Below are positions 55,509-64,000 of a DNA stretch of 64,000 nucleotides, piece by piece; the first letter of the stretch is position 1, and every line of letters begins with the position of its first letter. The stretch covers positions 1,486 through 65,485 of the forward strand of contig PLNF01000048.1 of NCBI GenBank assembly GCA_003141715.1, in the 5' to 3' direction. The notes beneath the pieces are model-generated. The model made no database searches. It saw nothing but the letters and a program-made list of their open reading frames with translations, and was not told the origin of the DNA. The DNA is from Bacteroidales bacterium. GTDB taxonomy: Bacteria; Bacteroidota; Bacteroidia; Bacteroidales; VadinHA17. The translations under genes and the position numbers were made by a program.

Positions 55509-56894
55509 TCATACTTTACATCTGGTAAGGCCCAGGTTCAGGGAAGATTTTGAACCAGAAACAACAAGAGCAGATCCCAGCGCTGATCCATTGGCAATTT
55601 CAGATGTATATACAAATTTTGAAGAATAGGCATTTGAGATTGAATTTTGAAAAAGTTCATTTTTGGAAAATCCTCCTGTTATATAAATATTTTCAGTTTC
55701 ATCGATGGCCGGGAGCACCAGATTGACTGCTTCTATGGTAAGATCACCTAATTCATTCATTAACTGATGATAAGCCTCCTCGAAAGTACTGAATTCGTAC
55801 ACGTCAATATAATCTTTAAGATCACGGGAATATGGTCCGGTTTGAAAGAAAACTTTTTCCCCGTGGAATTTCGACTTCAAAGTGGTTGATAATTGATTAT
55901 CGGCTTTGACTTTTTTATAATAATCTTCTGGCTTCCTGAAATGATCACATACCTGTTTTAATGCCGTTTCATGCAGATGTCCGAGGAATAATCTTGAAGA
56001 TTTTACCGGTTGCCCGGTTATACTCATATAGCAGAGACAATCTTTGTCAAGTTGGTCAGCGGTTAATTTTTCAGTATTAAAGGGATTCATGTTAATGCAC
56101 CAGGTCCCGGTAGAAATTAATAAGAATTTCCCTTCACTGCTTGAGAAATAGGGCGCCAGTGAGGATGAACTATCGTGAATACCTATTCCGATCTTGACTT
56201 TTTTTCCATCCACATCTATTTCATTCAATGTTTCAACAGGTACAGGTTCGGGCAAATTCAGTCCGTGAACTTTAATCCACGGATGATAATTCATATTATC
56301 AAAATCCCAAAGAGCAGTATGACATCCAATCGAGGTGTGTTCGGAATAAATCTTCCCTGTTATTATATATGATAGATACTGTGGAAAATGAAGGATATGT
56401 TTTATTTTAGAAAATACTTCCGGTTTTGTTGCCTTGAGCCAAAGTGGCTGTAGACCCGAATTTAGCATACCCAGTGCGGGAGAAGCTGTTCTTCTGCAAA
56501 ACTCATCCCTCCCGCCATGCCTCTTATAGAGGCTCTCAGGGATATTTTCATCCATAGGTTTCAGATAATTATAAACAGGAGTAAGTCTGTTGCCATTTTC
56601 ATCAAGATAGACTAGAGTTGCCCCGTAAGTGGTAAAATTAACAGCCTTAAGTTCATATTTATCAGAATGTACTAATCTGGTCAGAGACTCCTTAATCCAC
56701 CGTCCAATATGTTCAATATCATCACATTCAAAGCCATCATCGTCCTGAATTTCAGCAAATTTCTCTTCAATTTCTGAGACTATTTTAAAGTCCTCATTAA
56801 AAAGAATTATCTTCTTGTTCGTCTTTCCAATGTCATAAATAGCTATAACTATCTCTTTCATTTTTAAAATATTTTGCCCGTAAAGCCTCACCAA
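55509..56894 (-). CDS. rhaB: FGGY-family sugar kinase, probable rhamnulokinase
   Basis: Motifs IAIYDIGKTNKK and ISTGTWCINMNP are FGGY kinase signatures. Lies downstream of rhaA in the same direction. The start is probably MKEIVIAIYD at 56861. Confidence 0.6.
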   Translation of the reverse strand: MVRLYGQNILKMKEIVIAIYDIGKTNKKIILFNEDFKIVSEIEEKFAEIQDDDGFECDDIEHIGRWIKESLTRLVHSDKYELKAVNFTTYGATLVYLDENGNRLTPVYNYLKPMDENIPESLYKRHGGRDEFCRRTASPALGMLNSGLQPLWLKATKPEVFSKIKHILHFPQYLSYIITGKIYSEHTSIGCHTALWDFDNMNYHPWIKVHGLNLPEPVPVETLNEIDVDGKKVKIGIGIHDSSSSLAPYFSSSEGKFLLISTGTWCINMNPFNTEKLTADQLDKDCLCYMSITGQPVKSSRLFLGHLHETALKQVCDHFRKPEDYYKKVKADNQLSTTLKSKFHGEKVFFQTGPYSRDLKDYIDVYEFSTFEEAYHQLMNELGDLTIEAVNLVLPAIDETENIYITGGFSKNELFQNSISNAYSSKFVYTSEIANGSALGSALVVSGSKSSLNLGLTRCKV

Positions 56895-56939
56895 GACTTA
56901 CTATGTGTCGGATAATTCTTCACTTTTATATCTAATTAA

Positions 56940-57013
56940 CCCCCTTCCCATCCTTCCCCCACGGGGGAAGGAGTAAATCATTTCCCCCGTGGGGGAAAAT
57001 GAAAGGGGGTAAT
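56940..57013. repeat. About 75-nt G/C-tract nested-hairpin intergenic element, copy B
   Basis: cccccttcccatCCTTCCCCcacGGGGAAGGagtaaatcaTTTCCCCCgtgGGGGGAAAatgaaagggggtaat. Sits between rhaA and the kinase gene. Confidence 0.85.
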
Positions 57014-57058
57014 AAATGATTAATAACAGTAATATATTCTATTACTGAACTTGTAAAA

Positions 57059-58324
57059 TTATCTTTTCAGAAGCACTTCTTTTTCGTACTTCACTATCTC
57101 TTCAATATATTCCTGTCCTATCGGAACTTTATTCTTCATACAATAATAATCATAAACAGCTCCGAACGGTTTTGTTTTAAGAAGCTCAAGCAATGCGAGT
57201 CTTTCAAAGTTTCTGGTTTCTTCTTCATACTTAACAAGGGTTTTAAAAGGCTCAAGCAGAGCATACATAAAAGCCATCTGGGCAGAACGTGTTCCAATAA
57301 CATAAGCGCCAATACGATTGAGACTTGCATCAAAGAAATCCAGACCAATATTTACCCTGTTCAGAGCTTTTGTCCTGACTATTTCCTGTGCAATCAGCAA
57401 CAGTTCTTCGTTAAGTGTAAGAACATGATCGCTGTCCCAGCGAACACCACGCGTTAAGTGCAAAAGTATCTCATCAACAAAATGCAAAATCGATGAAATT
57501 TTGTCCCCTACCTGTTCAGTAGGATGAAAATGACCGTTATCGAGAGTTATTAAAATATTGTTTTTTATTGCATAACCAAGATAGAAATCGTGTGATCCTA
57601 CAACCATCGCCTCAGAACCAATGCCAAATAGTTTGCTTTCAACCGAATCTTTAAGATGTTTTTTTGGATATTTAACTGCGAAGATCTCATCCAACGATTT
57701 TTTCAGCTGTTTTCGCAGGGTATTCCTGTCAACTGGGGTATCTTTCATACCATCTGGAATCCAGATATTATGTACGGCAGGAGTCCCGAGTTGCTTTCCC
57801 ATTTCAGCGCCAATAGCCCGGCATCGTTTAGTATGCTCAACCCAGAATTTTCTGATCTTTTCATTCTTGCTTGAGAGAGTAAAGCCATCGTCAGCTAAAG
57901 GATGAGAGAAACAAGTACAATTGAAATCAAGGCCAATACCTCTCTTCTTAGCCCAGTCGATCCAGCCCTGAAAATGTTTTGGCTCGATCTGATCGCGGTC
58001 AATAAGTTTACCACCGAACTCACCGTAAATTGCATGTAGATTTAATCTCTGTTTACCGGGAAGAAGCGACATCACCTTATCAAGGTCAGATCTCATCTGT
58101 TCTATAGTTTTTGCTTTGCCTGGAAAGTTCCCGGTAGCCTGAATACCACCTCCTCCAAGAACAGATCCGGGTTTTTCAAAACCACCTACATCATCAGTTT
58201 GCCAGCAATGCAAACTGATATTTATGTTATCCATTTCAGAAAGCACTTTGTCGGTATCAACTCCTAATGCCGCATATTGTTCCTTTGCAAGCTGATATGA
58301 TTTTTCAATTATTTCCTTTTTCAT
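57059..58324 (-). CDS. rhaA: L-rhamnose isomerase
   Basis: 421 aa. ISLHCWQTDDVGGFE...GGIQATGNFPGKA...QRLNLHAIY matches my recollection of the E. coli RhaA N-terminal region. Confidence 0.9.
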   Translation of the reverse strand: MKKEIIEKSYQLAKEQYAALGVDTDKVLSEMDNINISLHCWQTDDVGGFEKPGSVLGGGGIQATGNFPGKAKTIEQMRSDLDKVMSLLPGKQRLNLHAIYGEFGGKLIDRDQIEPKHFQGWIDWAKKRGIGLDFNCTCFSHPLADDGFTLSSKNEKIRKFWVEHTKRCRAIGAEMGKQLGTPAVHNIWIPDGMKDTPVDRNTLRKQLKKSLDEIFAVKYPKKHLKDSVESKLFGIGSEAMVVGSHDFYLGYAIKNNILITLDNGHFHPTEQVGDKISSILHFVDEILLHLTRGVRWDSDHVLTLNEELLLIAQEIVRTKALNRVNIGLDFFDASLNRIGAYVIGTRSAQMAFMYALLEPFKTLVKYEEETRNFERLALLELLKTKPFGAVYDYYCMKNKVPIGQEYIEEIVKYEKEVLLKR

Positions 58325-58381
58325 ATGTAATATTGATTTATATGTATTAATGTCATTCTTCTATAAGATCTGGGCACTAAG

Positions 58382-58429
58382 CCTTAACCTTAACCTTAAC
58401 CTTAACCTTAATCTTACCTTGCCTTAGCC
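58382..58429. repeat. Hexanucleotide microsatellite (ccttaa)5 plus degenerate units
   Basis: There are five perfect ccttaa units at 58382..58411. Degenerate units (tcttac, cttgcc, ttagcc) follow. Confidence 0.9.
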
Positions 58430-58522
58430 TTTCATGTCGTTTTACCTCACCCTGAATCCCTCTCCCGGGAGGGGATTTAGATGAATTCACTTCCTTTCGA
58501 CTTTTTACTTTTATCTTTTGTC

Positions 58523-58843
58523 TTACTCCATATAGAACACCTGTTCCAAAGGAATTGTTACCGGAGAGTTATCGGGATTTGTTTCCATAATATCAGCCAT
58601 AAATTTCCACCACTTTTTAACAACTTCAGTATTTCCAAGATCCTGCGAAGAGCTCTCACCGGATTGTTCCTGATAAGCAAAAAGCGTATTGGTTTCTTCA
58701 TCGAGGAAGATGGAATAATTTCCAATACCTTCATTTTTTAATAAACGTATAAGTTCAGGCCATATTTCGCTATGACGTCTTTTATATTCTTCCCTGAAAC
58801 CCGGAAGCATTTTCATCTTAAAACCGAATCTTTTTGTCTCCAT
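58523..58843 (-). CDS. rhaM: L-rhamnose mutarotase
   Basis: METKRFGFKMKMLPGFREEYKRRHSEIWPELIRLLKNEGIGNYSIF is the typical RhaM N-terminus. The start was chosen at the internal Met (58843). Confidence 0.85.
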   Translation of the reverse strand: METKRFGFKMKMLPGFREEYKRRHSEIWPELIRLLKNEGIGNYSIFLDEETNTLFAYQEQSGESSSQDLGNTEVVKKWWKFMADIMETNPDNSPVTIPLEQVFYME

Positions 58844-58847
58844 TTTT

Positions 58848-59876
58848 CTAACCCAATTTAACAACAAAAGTTGAAAGTATAAGAATAATTATTCCGATTG
58901 ACAGCACAACCAAAGTTTTTCTTTTGGCTCCCTTCCATTCATCCAGAAAGATACCCCATATATTGCTTATTGCGATGTTTAAGGCCATCAGGATACTCCA
59001 TCCAAAGACAGCCATACCCTGCGGAAGTTTACTTGAGCCCATTCCAAAAAAATGAAATTGAAGGAACCATAGGAAGCCTGCCATGAATGTAAAAAAAAGA
59101 TTATTAAACAGAACGCTGCCAGATACAGATATATAATCCCTGTAGGTTTTATTTTTGATATTCAGGTAACCGCAATAAATTAGGTTCGTAATAAAACCTC
59201 CGAAGAGGATGAAAATGAGGGAAGGGTTTTTTTGGAAGAGAGGGTTTGTACCATGAGCGAGAGCTACAGTTTCTATGGGCTTTGCTGATTCGAAACCGAA
59301 ATTAAAACAAGCGCTCATCACCCCTGCGAAGATAGCAATAAGTATACCTTTTTTCAGAGCAAATTCTTTAACTGCTGCTCTTTTTTCCTCCTCCGTCATT
59401 TCTTTGCTCTTTAGTGAACCTGCATAACCAATAACTGCAATACCAACTACGGTAATTGATACACCAACTATGGTTAATATTCCGGCGGTTGACGAAAAGA
59501 GGTTATCTCCGGAAATTATCGGAGGAATTAAAGTACCGAAAGCAGCACAAAGGCCTAATGCAATACTCTGCCCGAGAGCTACCCCCAGATATCGTATGCT
59601 TAATCCAAATGTCAGTCCGCCAAAACCCCATAAAGCTCCAAAAAACATTGCCATTAGTTTAGCAGAGGATGGTGCTTCACGAATGATCGGTATGAGCTCA
59701 CCCTTCGGAACAAAAATCAATGCGAATAACACAGGTGCAATGAGCCAGGCAGCAACACCCTGGCTTATCCAATACGATTCCCATGCCCACAATCTGACTT
59801 TTTTAAATGGTACATAAAAGCTCGCAGCGCCTATGCTTCCCAAAGCTATCAGTATTATTCCTGCCAATGGATTCAT
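58848..59876 (-). CDS. rhaT: L-rhamnose/proton symporter
   Basis: From ATG 59876: MNPLAGIILIALGSIGAASFYVPFKKVRLWAWESYW parallels the E. coli RhaT N-terminus ([21 protein letters not shown]). About 10 TM segments. Confidence 0.85.
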   Translation of the reverse strand: MNPLAGIILIALGSIGAASFYVPFKKVRLWAWESYWISQGVAAWLIAPVLFALIFVPKGELIPIIREAPSSAKLMAMFFGALWGFGGLTFGLSIRYLGVALGQSIALGLCAAFGTLIPPIISGDNLFSSTAGILTIVGVSITVVGIAVIGYAGSLKSKEMTEEEKRAAVKEFALKKGILIAIFAGVMSACFNFGFESAKPIETVALAHGTNPLFQKNPSLIFILFGGFITNLIYCGYLNIKNKTYRDYISVSGSVLFNNLFFTFMAGFLWFLQFHFFGMGSSKLPQGMAVFGWSILMALNIAISNIWGIFLDEWKGAKRKTLVVLSIGIIILILSTFVVKLG

Positions 59877-60003
59877 GTAAAATTCTTTAATTAGAGTGAT
59901 CTGCAATTTATAAACTTTCAGGCATGAAAAAGACTTTTGAGATATTTTTTTATTCAGACATTTTTTTATAACCTTGATACTAATTATCAAATATTCTTAA
60001 ACT

Positions 60004-62736
60004 ATGAAATCACTCAAACTTACGCTTATTTTTCTTTCTCTTTTCGGAATCACTTTTGCTCAGGATCTGTCTTTAAAAGATCTGACTGTGGATCATAAGC
60101 TGAATCCCATAGGAATCGACAATAAACAGCCCAGGTTTTCCTGGAAGATAGACGGAGTAGGAAATAATATCATGCAAACCGCTTATTCAGTAAGGGTCGC
60201 TACAGATGAGAAATTTTCACCTTCAAAAATTGTCTGGCAATCAGGTAAGGTTGAATCTGATGAATCGATTCTTCAGCCTTATAAAGGTACTGACCTTAAG
60301 TCGGGACAAAGATATTTCTGGCAGGTAAAAATTTGGGACAATAAAGGGAAAGAATCAAAATGGAGCACTCCGGCTTACTGGGAAATGGGGCTGCTCTCGC
60401 AATCTGACTGGAAAGCAAAATGGATTGAAATGGAAGGCGATACGTCAAGATATTCTCCTGCACCCCATTTCAGAAAAGAATTTCTGTCAACCAAAACAAT
60501 TGCCACTGCAAGAATATATATAACATCCCACGGTTTTTACGAGTTACAGCTTAATGGGAAAAAAGTTGGTGACCAGGTACTGACTCCCGGCTGGACTTCT
60601 TATGGAAAGAGACTTCAATATCAGGTATATGATGTCACTAATATGCTCTTAAAAGGGAATAATGCAATTGGAGCTGTACTTGGCGATGGCTGGTACAGGG
60701 GAACCCTTGCCTGGGGGAATAACTGGGCAATTTATGGCAAAAAGCTTGGAATACTGTTTCAGTTAAAAATCACATATACAGATGGTTCTGTATCAATGAT
60801 TGTGAGTGATGAAACCTGGAAAGCTTCCAATGACGGGGCTATCAGGATGGATGATATTTATAATGGTGAAACTTTCGATGCGACAAAAAAACTCACTGGT
60901 TGGAACAATCCGGGGTACGATGACAAAAACTGGCAAAGTGTAAAAATTGGCAATTATAATAATGCCAACCTTATAGCTTCTGAGGGATCCCCGATAAAAA
61001 AGATTCAGGAAATTAAGCCGGTTAAAATATTCAGAACTCCAAAAGGAAAGCTGATTGTGGATATGGGTCAGAACATGGTAGGATGGTTAAGATTAAAGGT
61101 TTCAGGAAATAGAGGAACTGTTGTTACATTGCGTCATGCAGAAGTACTGGATAAATCGGGTGAGTTTTATACAACAAATCTACGTGCTGCAAAGTGCCAG
61201 TTAACATATACTCTTGCCGGTACCGGTGAAGAAATATATGAACCCAGGTTTACTTTTATGGGGTTCAGGTTTGTTGAAGTTACCGGATTCCCCGGCGAAC
61301 TTACAACAGATAATCTGACAGGAGTGGTTATCCATTCAGACATGGCAGTTACAGGCAGCTATGAATGTTCCAATCCTCTTGTCAATCAATTGCAGCATAA
61401 CATTCAATGGGGCCAAAAGGGCAATTTTGTAGATGTCCCTACTGACTGCCCACAGAGAGACGAACGGTTAGGCTGGACCGGCGATGCTCAGGCATTCTGC
61501 AGGACTGCAGCATTTAATATGGATGTCTCTTCTTTTTTCACAAAATGGCTAAAAGATGTTGCTGCAGATCAGAAACCAGCCGGAGAAATACCATTTGTTA
61601 TTCCGGATATTCTTAACAAACAAAGATCACTAACAGGAGGAACTTCAGCCGGATGGGGAGATATTTGTGTAATTGCACCATGGACAATGTACCAGGTTTA
61701 TGGTGATAAAAAGTTACTTGAAACACAGTACGTGAGTATGAAAGCATGGGTAGAATATATAAGAAAAAAAGCGGGTAATAGCTATATATGGAAGGATGGA
61801 AGCGTTTTTGGAGACTGGTTGTTTTATCATCCTCCGGTTAATAACCATACAGAACCCGATGGATATACTGACCATGATTTTATAGCTACAGCATTTTATG
61901 CATATTCGACGAGTATTCTTGCAGAAGCTGCAAAGGCACTTGGCAAAACTGATGATGCAAAAATGTATGCAGATCTTTTTAATAAGATCAAAGAAGTGTT
62001 TATTAATGAATATGTTACCAAAGCTGGTAGGGTAGGAACCAATTCTCAGACATCTTATGTTTTAGCTCTTAAATTCAATCTTTTACCTGAAAACCTTAGA
62101 ACTAAAGCTGCAGAGTTTTTGGCTAATGATATTAAAAGCAGGAATAATCACCTTTCTACAGGTTTCCTGGGGACACCTTATCTCTGTCACGTTTTATCCG
62201 ACAATGGATATACTGATACTGCATATGATCTGTTACTTCAGGAATCTTATCCTTCATGGCTATACCCTGTTAAAATGGGTGCCACAACAATATGGGAACG
62301 CTGGGATGGCGAGAAGACTGACAGCACTTTCCAGGATCCGGGGATGAACTCATTCAACCATTATGCCTATGGTGCCATCGGCGATTGGATGTACAGGGTA
62401 TCAGCAGGGATTGAAACTATGGGACCCGGATATAAACATATAATTATTCAGCCGCATCCGACTAAAAAGCTTGCATATTCCAGAGCCTCTTTTGAAAGTT
62501 CATATGGTAAAATTGAATCAGGATGGGAAAGAAAAGATGGAAAAGTAATAATCAAGGTAAAGGTACCCGTTAATACTTCGGCTACAATTATTCTGCCAGC
62601 TTCAAGTCAGGACAAAGTTACCGAGGGTGGCAAAGCATTGTCTCAGAATGGATATTTTAAAGATATTAAAAGCACTGATAATAAAGTAACGATGGAGGCT
62701 GGATCAGGAGAATACATCTTTGAGATTGCGGAATAA
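60004..62736 (+). CDS. Alpha-L-rhamnosidase (GH78), secreted
   Basis: 910 aa with a signal peptide. N-domain KPRFSWK-type motif, DCPQRDERLGWTGDAQ and TIWERWDG motifs. Divergent from the rha operon. Confidence 0.85.
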   Translation: MKSLKLTLIFLSLFGITFAQDLSLKDLTVDHKLNPIGIDNKQPRFSWKIDGVGNNIMQTAYSVRVATDEKFSPSKIVWQSGKVESDESILQPYKGTDLKSGQRYFWQVKIWDNKGKESKWSTPAYWEMGLLSQSDWKAKWIEMEGDTSRYSPAPHFRKEFLSTKTIATARIYITSHGFYELQLNGKKVGDQVLTPGWTSYGKRLQYQVYDVTNMLLKGNNAIGAVLGDGWYRGTLAWGNNWAIYGKKLGILFQLKITYTDGSVSMIVSDETWKASNDGAIRMDDIYNGETFDATKKLTGWNNPGYDDKNWQSVKIGNYNNANLIASEGSPIKKIQEIKPVKIFRTPKGKLIVDMGQNMVGWLRLKVSGNRGTVVTLRHAEVLDKSGEFYTTNLRAAKCQLTYTLAGTGEEIYEPRFTFMGFRFVEVTGFPGELTTDNLTGVVIHSDMAVTGSYECSNPLVNQLQHNIQWGQKGNFVDVPTDCPQRDERLGWTGDAQAFCRTAAFNMDVSSFFTKWLKDVAADQKPAGEIPFVIPDILNKQRSLTGGTSAGWGDICVIAPWTMYQVYGDKKLLETQYVSMKAWVEYIRKKAGNSYIWKDGSVFGDWLFYHPPVNNHTEPDGYTDHDFIATAFYAYSTSILAEAAKALGKTDDAKMYADLFNKIKEVFINEYVTKAGRVGTNSQTSYVLALKFNLLPENLRTKAAEFLANDIKSRNNHLSTGFLGTPYLCHVLSDNGYTDTAYDLLLQESYPSWLYPVKMGATTIWERWDGEKTDSTFQDPGMNSFNHYAYGAIGDWMYRVSAGIETMGPGYKHIIIQPHPTKKLAYSRASFESSYGKIESGWERKDGKVIIKVKVPVNTSATIILPASSQDKVTEGGKALSQNGYFKDIKSTDNKVTMEAGSGEYIFEIAE

Positions 62737-62798
62737 ACCTCTCTGTCCCACTGAAGCGGGACATCTCACCTATAGGGGGGATTGGGGGCCAATAAAAT

Positions 62799-63545
62799 CT
62801 ATTTAATTCTTTTCTGTACTTTTTTCCAGGAATCAGTTATGAGAAAACTTTCATCCATGTAGTTGATCATCTTCGTGAATTTGATCATTGGGACAGAAAA
62901 TGTAAGAACTCCCTCCTGAACACATGGTCTGGCCGAAACATCAAACATACCCATGACTGCTCTGGGCCGTTGGGAATCTTTCTCGATATATGGAAAATAG
63001 ACTAATGATCCGCATCCTGCAGCAAACGGAGTAATAGTACCGTTTGGTTCAGACTGGTCATAGTTTGCAAGGGTAAAAAGTCCGGAAAGAATATCGGATG
63101 TTGCAAAGAATATTGCAACATCAGGATTATCATTTTCATTAAGATTGTCCCATCTTTTAAATACGATATATTTCCCGGGAATTTTTAACTTCTCCTGCTT
63201 TTTCATCAGCTCTGCAACTAATTCAGGAGTTCGTTTGTACCTCTCACCTTCCATTTTGTTTTCGATCCCGCATGACAGGAAATACTCAAAGTTTGGACGC
63301 ATTCTGTGAGTAAATCCAAGGTATCTTTTTGCTCCCCCGCATTTCAGTGACTCAGAGCTAAAAGCTAAAGATTGTCCTGCCCTGACCTTTTGAAGTTCAC
63401 ATATAAGGCAGTTCCATTTCCCTGAGGATGGTAAGACTGTTGCATTCCCCGGATCGTTGGTATAATAGAATATTACAGGAAGATCAGCATTGTTAAAATA
63501 CTTCTTCCATTGCCCGATAAAATGATCTTTAATTTCGATGTTCAT
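62799..63545 (-). CDS. Conserved hypothetical protein (possibly DUF169 family)
   Basis: Clean 248-aa ORF. The family guess rests only on size and Cys/Gly motifs (LKCGGAKRYLGF, AAGCGSL) and is weak. Confidence 0.45.
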   Translation of the reverse strand: MNIEIKDHFIGQWKKYFNNADLPVIFYYTNDPGNATVLPSSGKWNCLICELQKVRAGQSLAFSSESLKCGGAKRYLGFTHRMRPNFEYFLSCGIENKMEGERYKRTPELVAELMKKQEKLKIPGKYIVFKRWDNLNENDNPDVAIFFATSDILSGLFTLANYDQSEPNGTITPFAAGCGSLVYFPYIEKDSQRPRAVMGMFDVSARPCVQEGVLTFSVPMIKFTKMINYMDESFLITDSWKKVQKRIK

Positions 63546-63702
63546 AATTTATTTTTTTAAAAATTCTTAAGCATAGAACCCGTGTGGTGTTCAATCATTT
63601 CATTTCATAACGTTACAATCTATTAGAAATTCCTGAAAAATTACACACAAATAGTTATAATTTTACGGCCTTTAAAGATAATTACAACTATCTGATATTA
63701 AA

Positions 63703-64000
63703 ATGAATTTTTTTAATCATCATCTGGGTGAATTTGCTGCACTTCTGACAGCGTTTTTCTGGACAGTCACTTCACTTTCATTTGAGTCTGCCAGTCATAA
63801 AATCGGATCAGTTGCAGTTAATATACTCAGGCTTATAATCGGATTTGCCTTCCTAAGCGTGTTCAATCTCATCCGGAGAGGTTTGGTATTACCCGTTGAT
63901 GCCAGTATTGAGAACTGGATATGGTTATCATTGTCCGGGCTGGTTGGATTTGTATTTGGAGATCTGTTCCTCTTCAAATCATATACAATGATCGGCTCAA
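63703..64000 (+). CDS. EamA/DMT-family transporter, 5' part (truncated by the window end)
   Basis: My own translation from ATG 63703 is MNFFNHHLGEFAALLTAFFWTVTSLSFESASHKIGSVAVNILRLIIGFAFLSVFNL...GLVGFVFGDLFLFKSYTMIGS. It is hydrophobic, EamA-like, and open to the end of the window. Confidence 0.6.
   Translation, partial: MNFFNHHLGEFAALLTAFFWTVTSLSFESASHKIGSVAVNILRLIIGFAFLSVFNLIRRGLVLPVDASIENWIWLSLSGLVGFVFGDLFLFKSYTMIGS

Overview
This window reads as a Bacteroidota-type chromosomal segment. The clues are a T9SS C-terminal sorting domain, a FISUMP lipoprotein, and TAnnTTTG -7 boxes upstream of several genes. The taxonomic call is inference only. I recognise about 50 protein genes and 2 tRNAs. 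I found no rRNA, no CRISPR array and no transposase or integrase. Layout: (1) 0-7.5 kb is mostly housekeeping: tRNA-Gly, a FISUMP lipoprotein, a GT22 mannosyltransferase broken by one in-frame TAG, tRNA-Thr, an M48 protease, fabG, sucD and mnmE. (2) 7.5-14.6 kb holds a 6.4-kb surface-protein cassette (secreted caspase-fold protein, 7x FG-GAP T9SS protein, beta-barrel OMP). It is bracketed by 67-bp direct repeats and followed by hicAB. (3) 14.7-24.3 kb holds an MBL hydrolase, a GH31 enzyme, and an ECF sigma / anti-sigma / 2x DUF4097-like / DUF5916-like module. (4) 24.4-29.2 kb is an asnB - glycyl-radical enzyme - activase operon. (5) 29.6-50.8 kb is the most unusual part, a 15-gene locus. It combines four paralogous WPxFRG beta-propellers, an NHL propeller and an FG-GAP propeller with several redox proteins: a Tat-exported ferredoxin, two NapH/NosR-type membrane polyferredoxins (one fused to a cupredoxin-like domain), a fused NuoE/NuoF-type flavoprotein and a 2Fe-2S/4Fe-4S protein. 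It also carries a GT4 glycosyltransferase and a MacB-type ABC/FtsX exporter. No recognisable terminal enzyme is present. (6) 50.9-55.5 kb is a TetR regulator plus an EmrAB/TolC-type efflux system. (7) 55.5-62.7 kb is an L-rhamnose locus. (8) The window ends with a DUF169-like gene and a truncated EamA transporter. All product calls rest on motifs read by eye in the supplied translations and sequence; no database search or computation was run.
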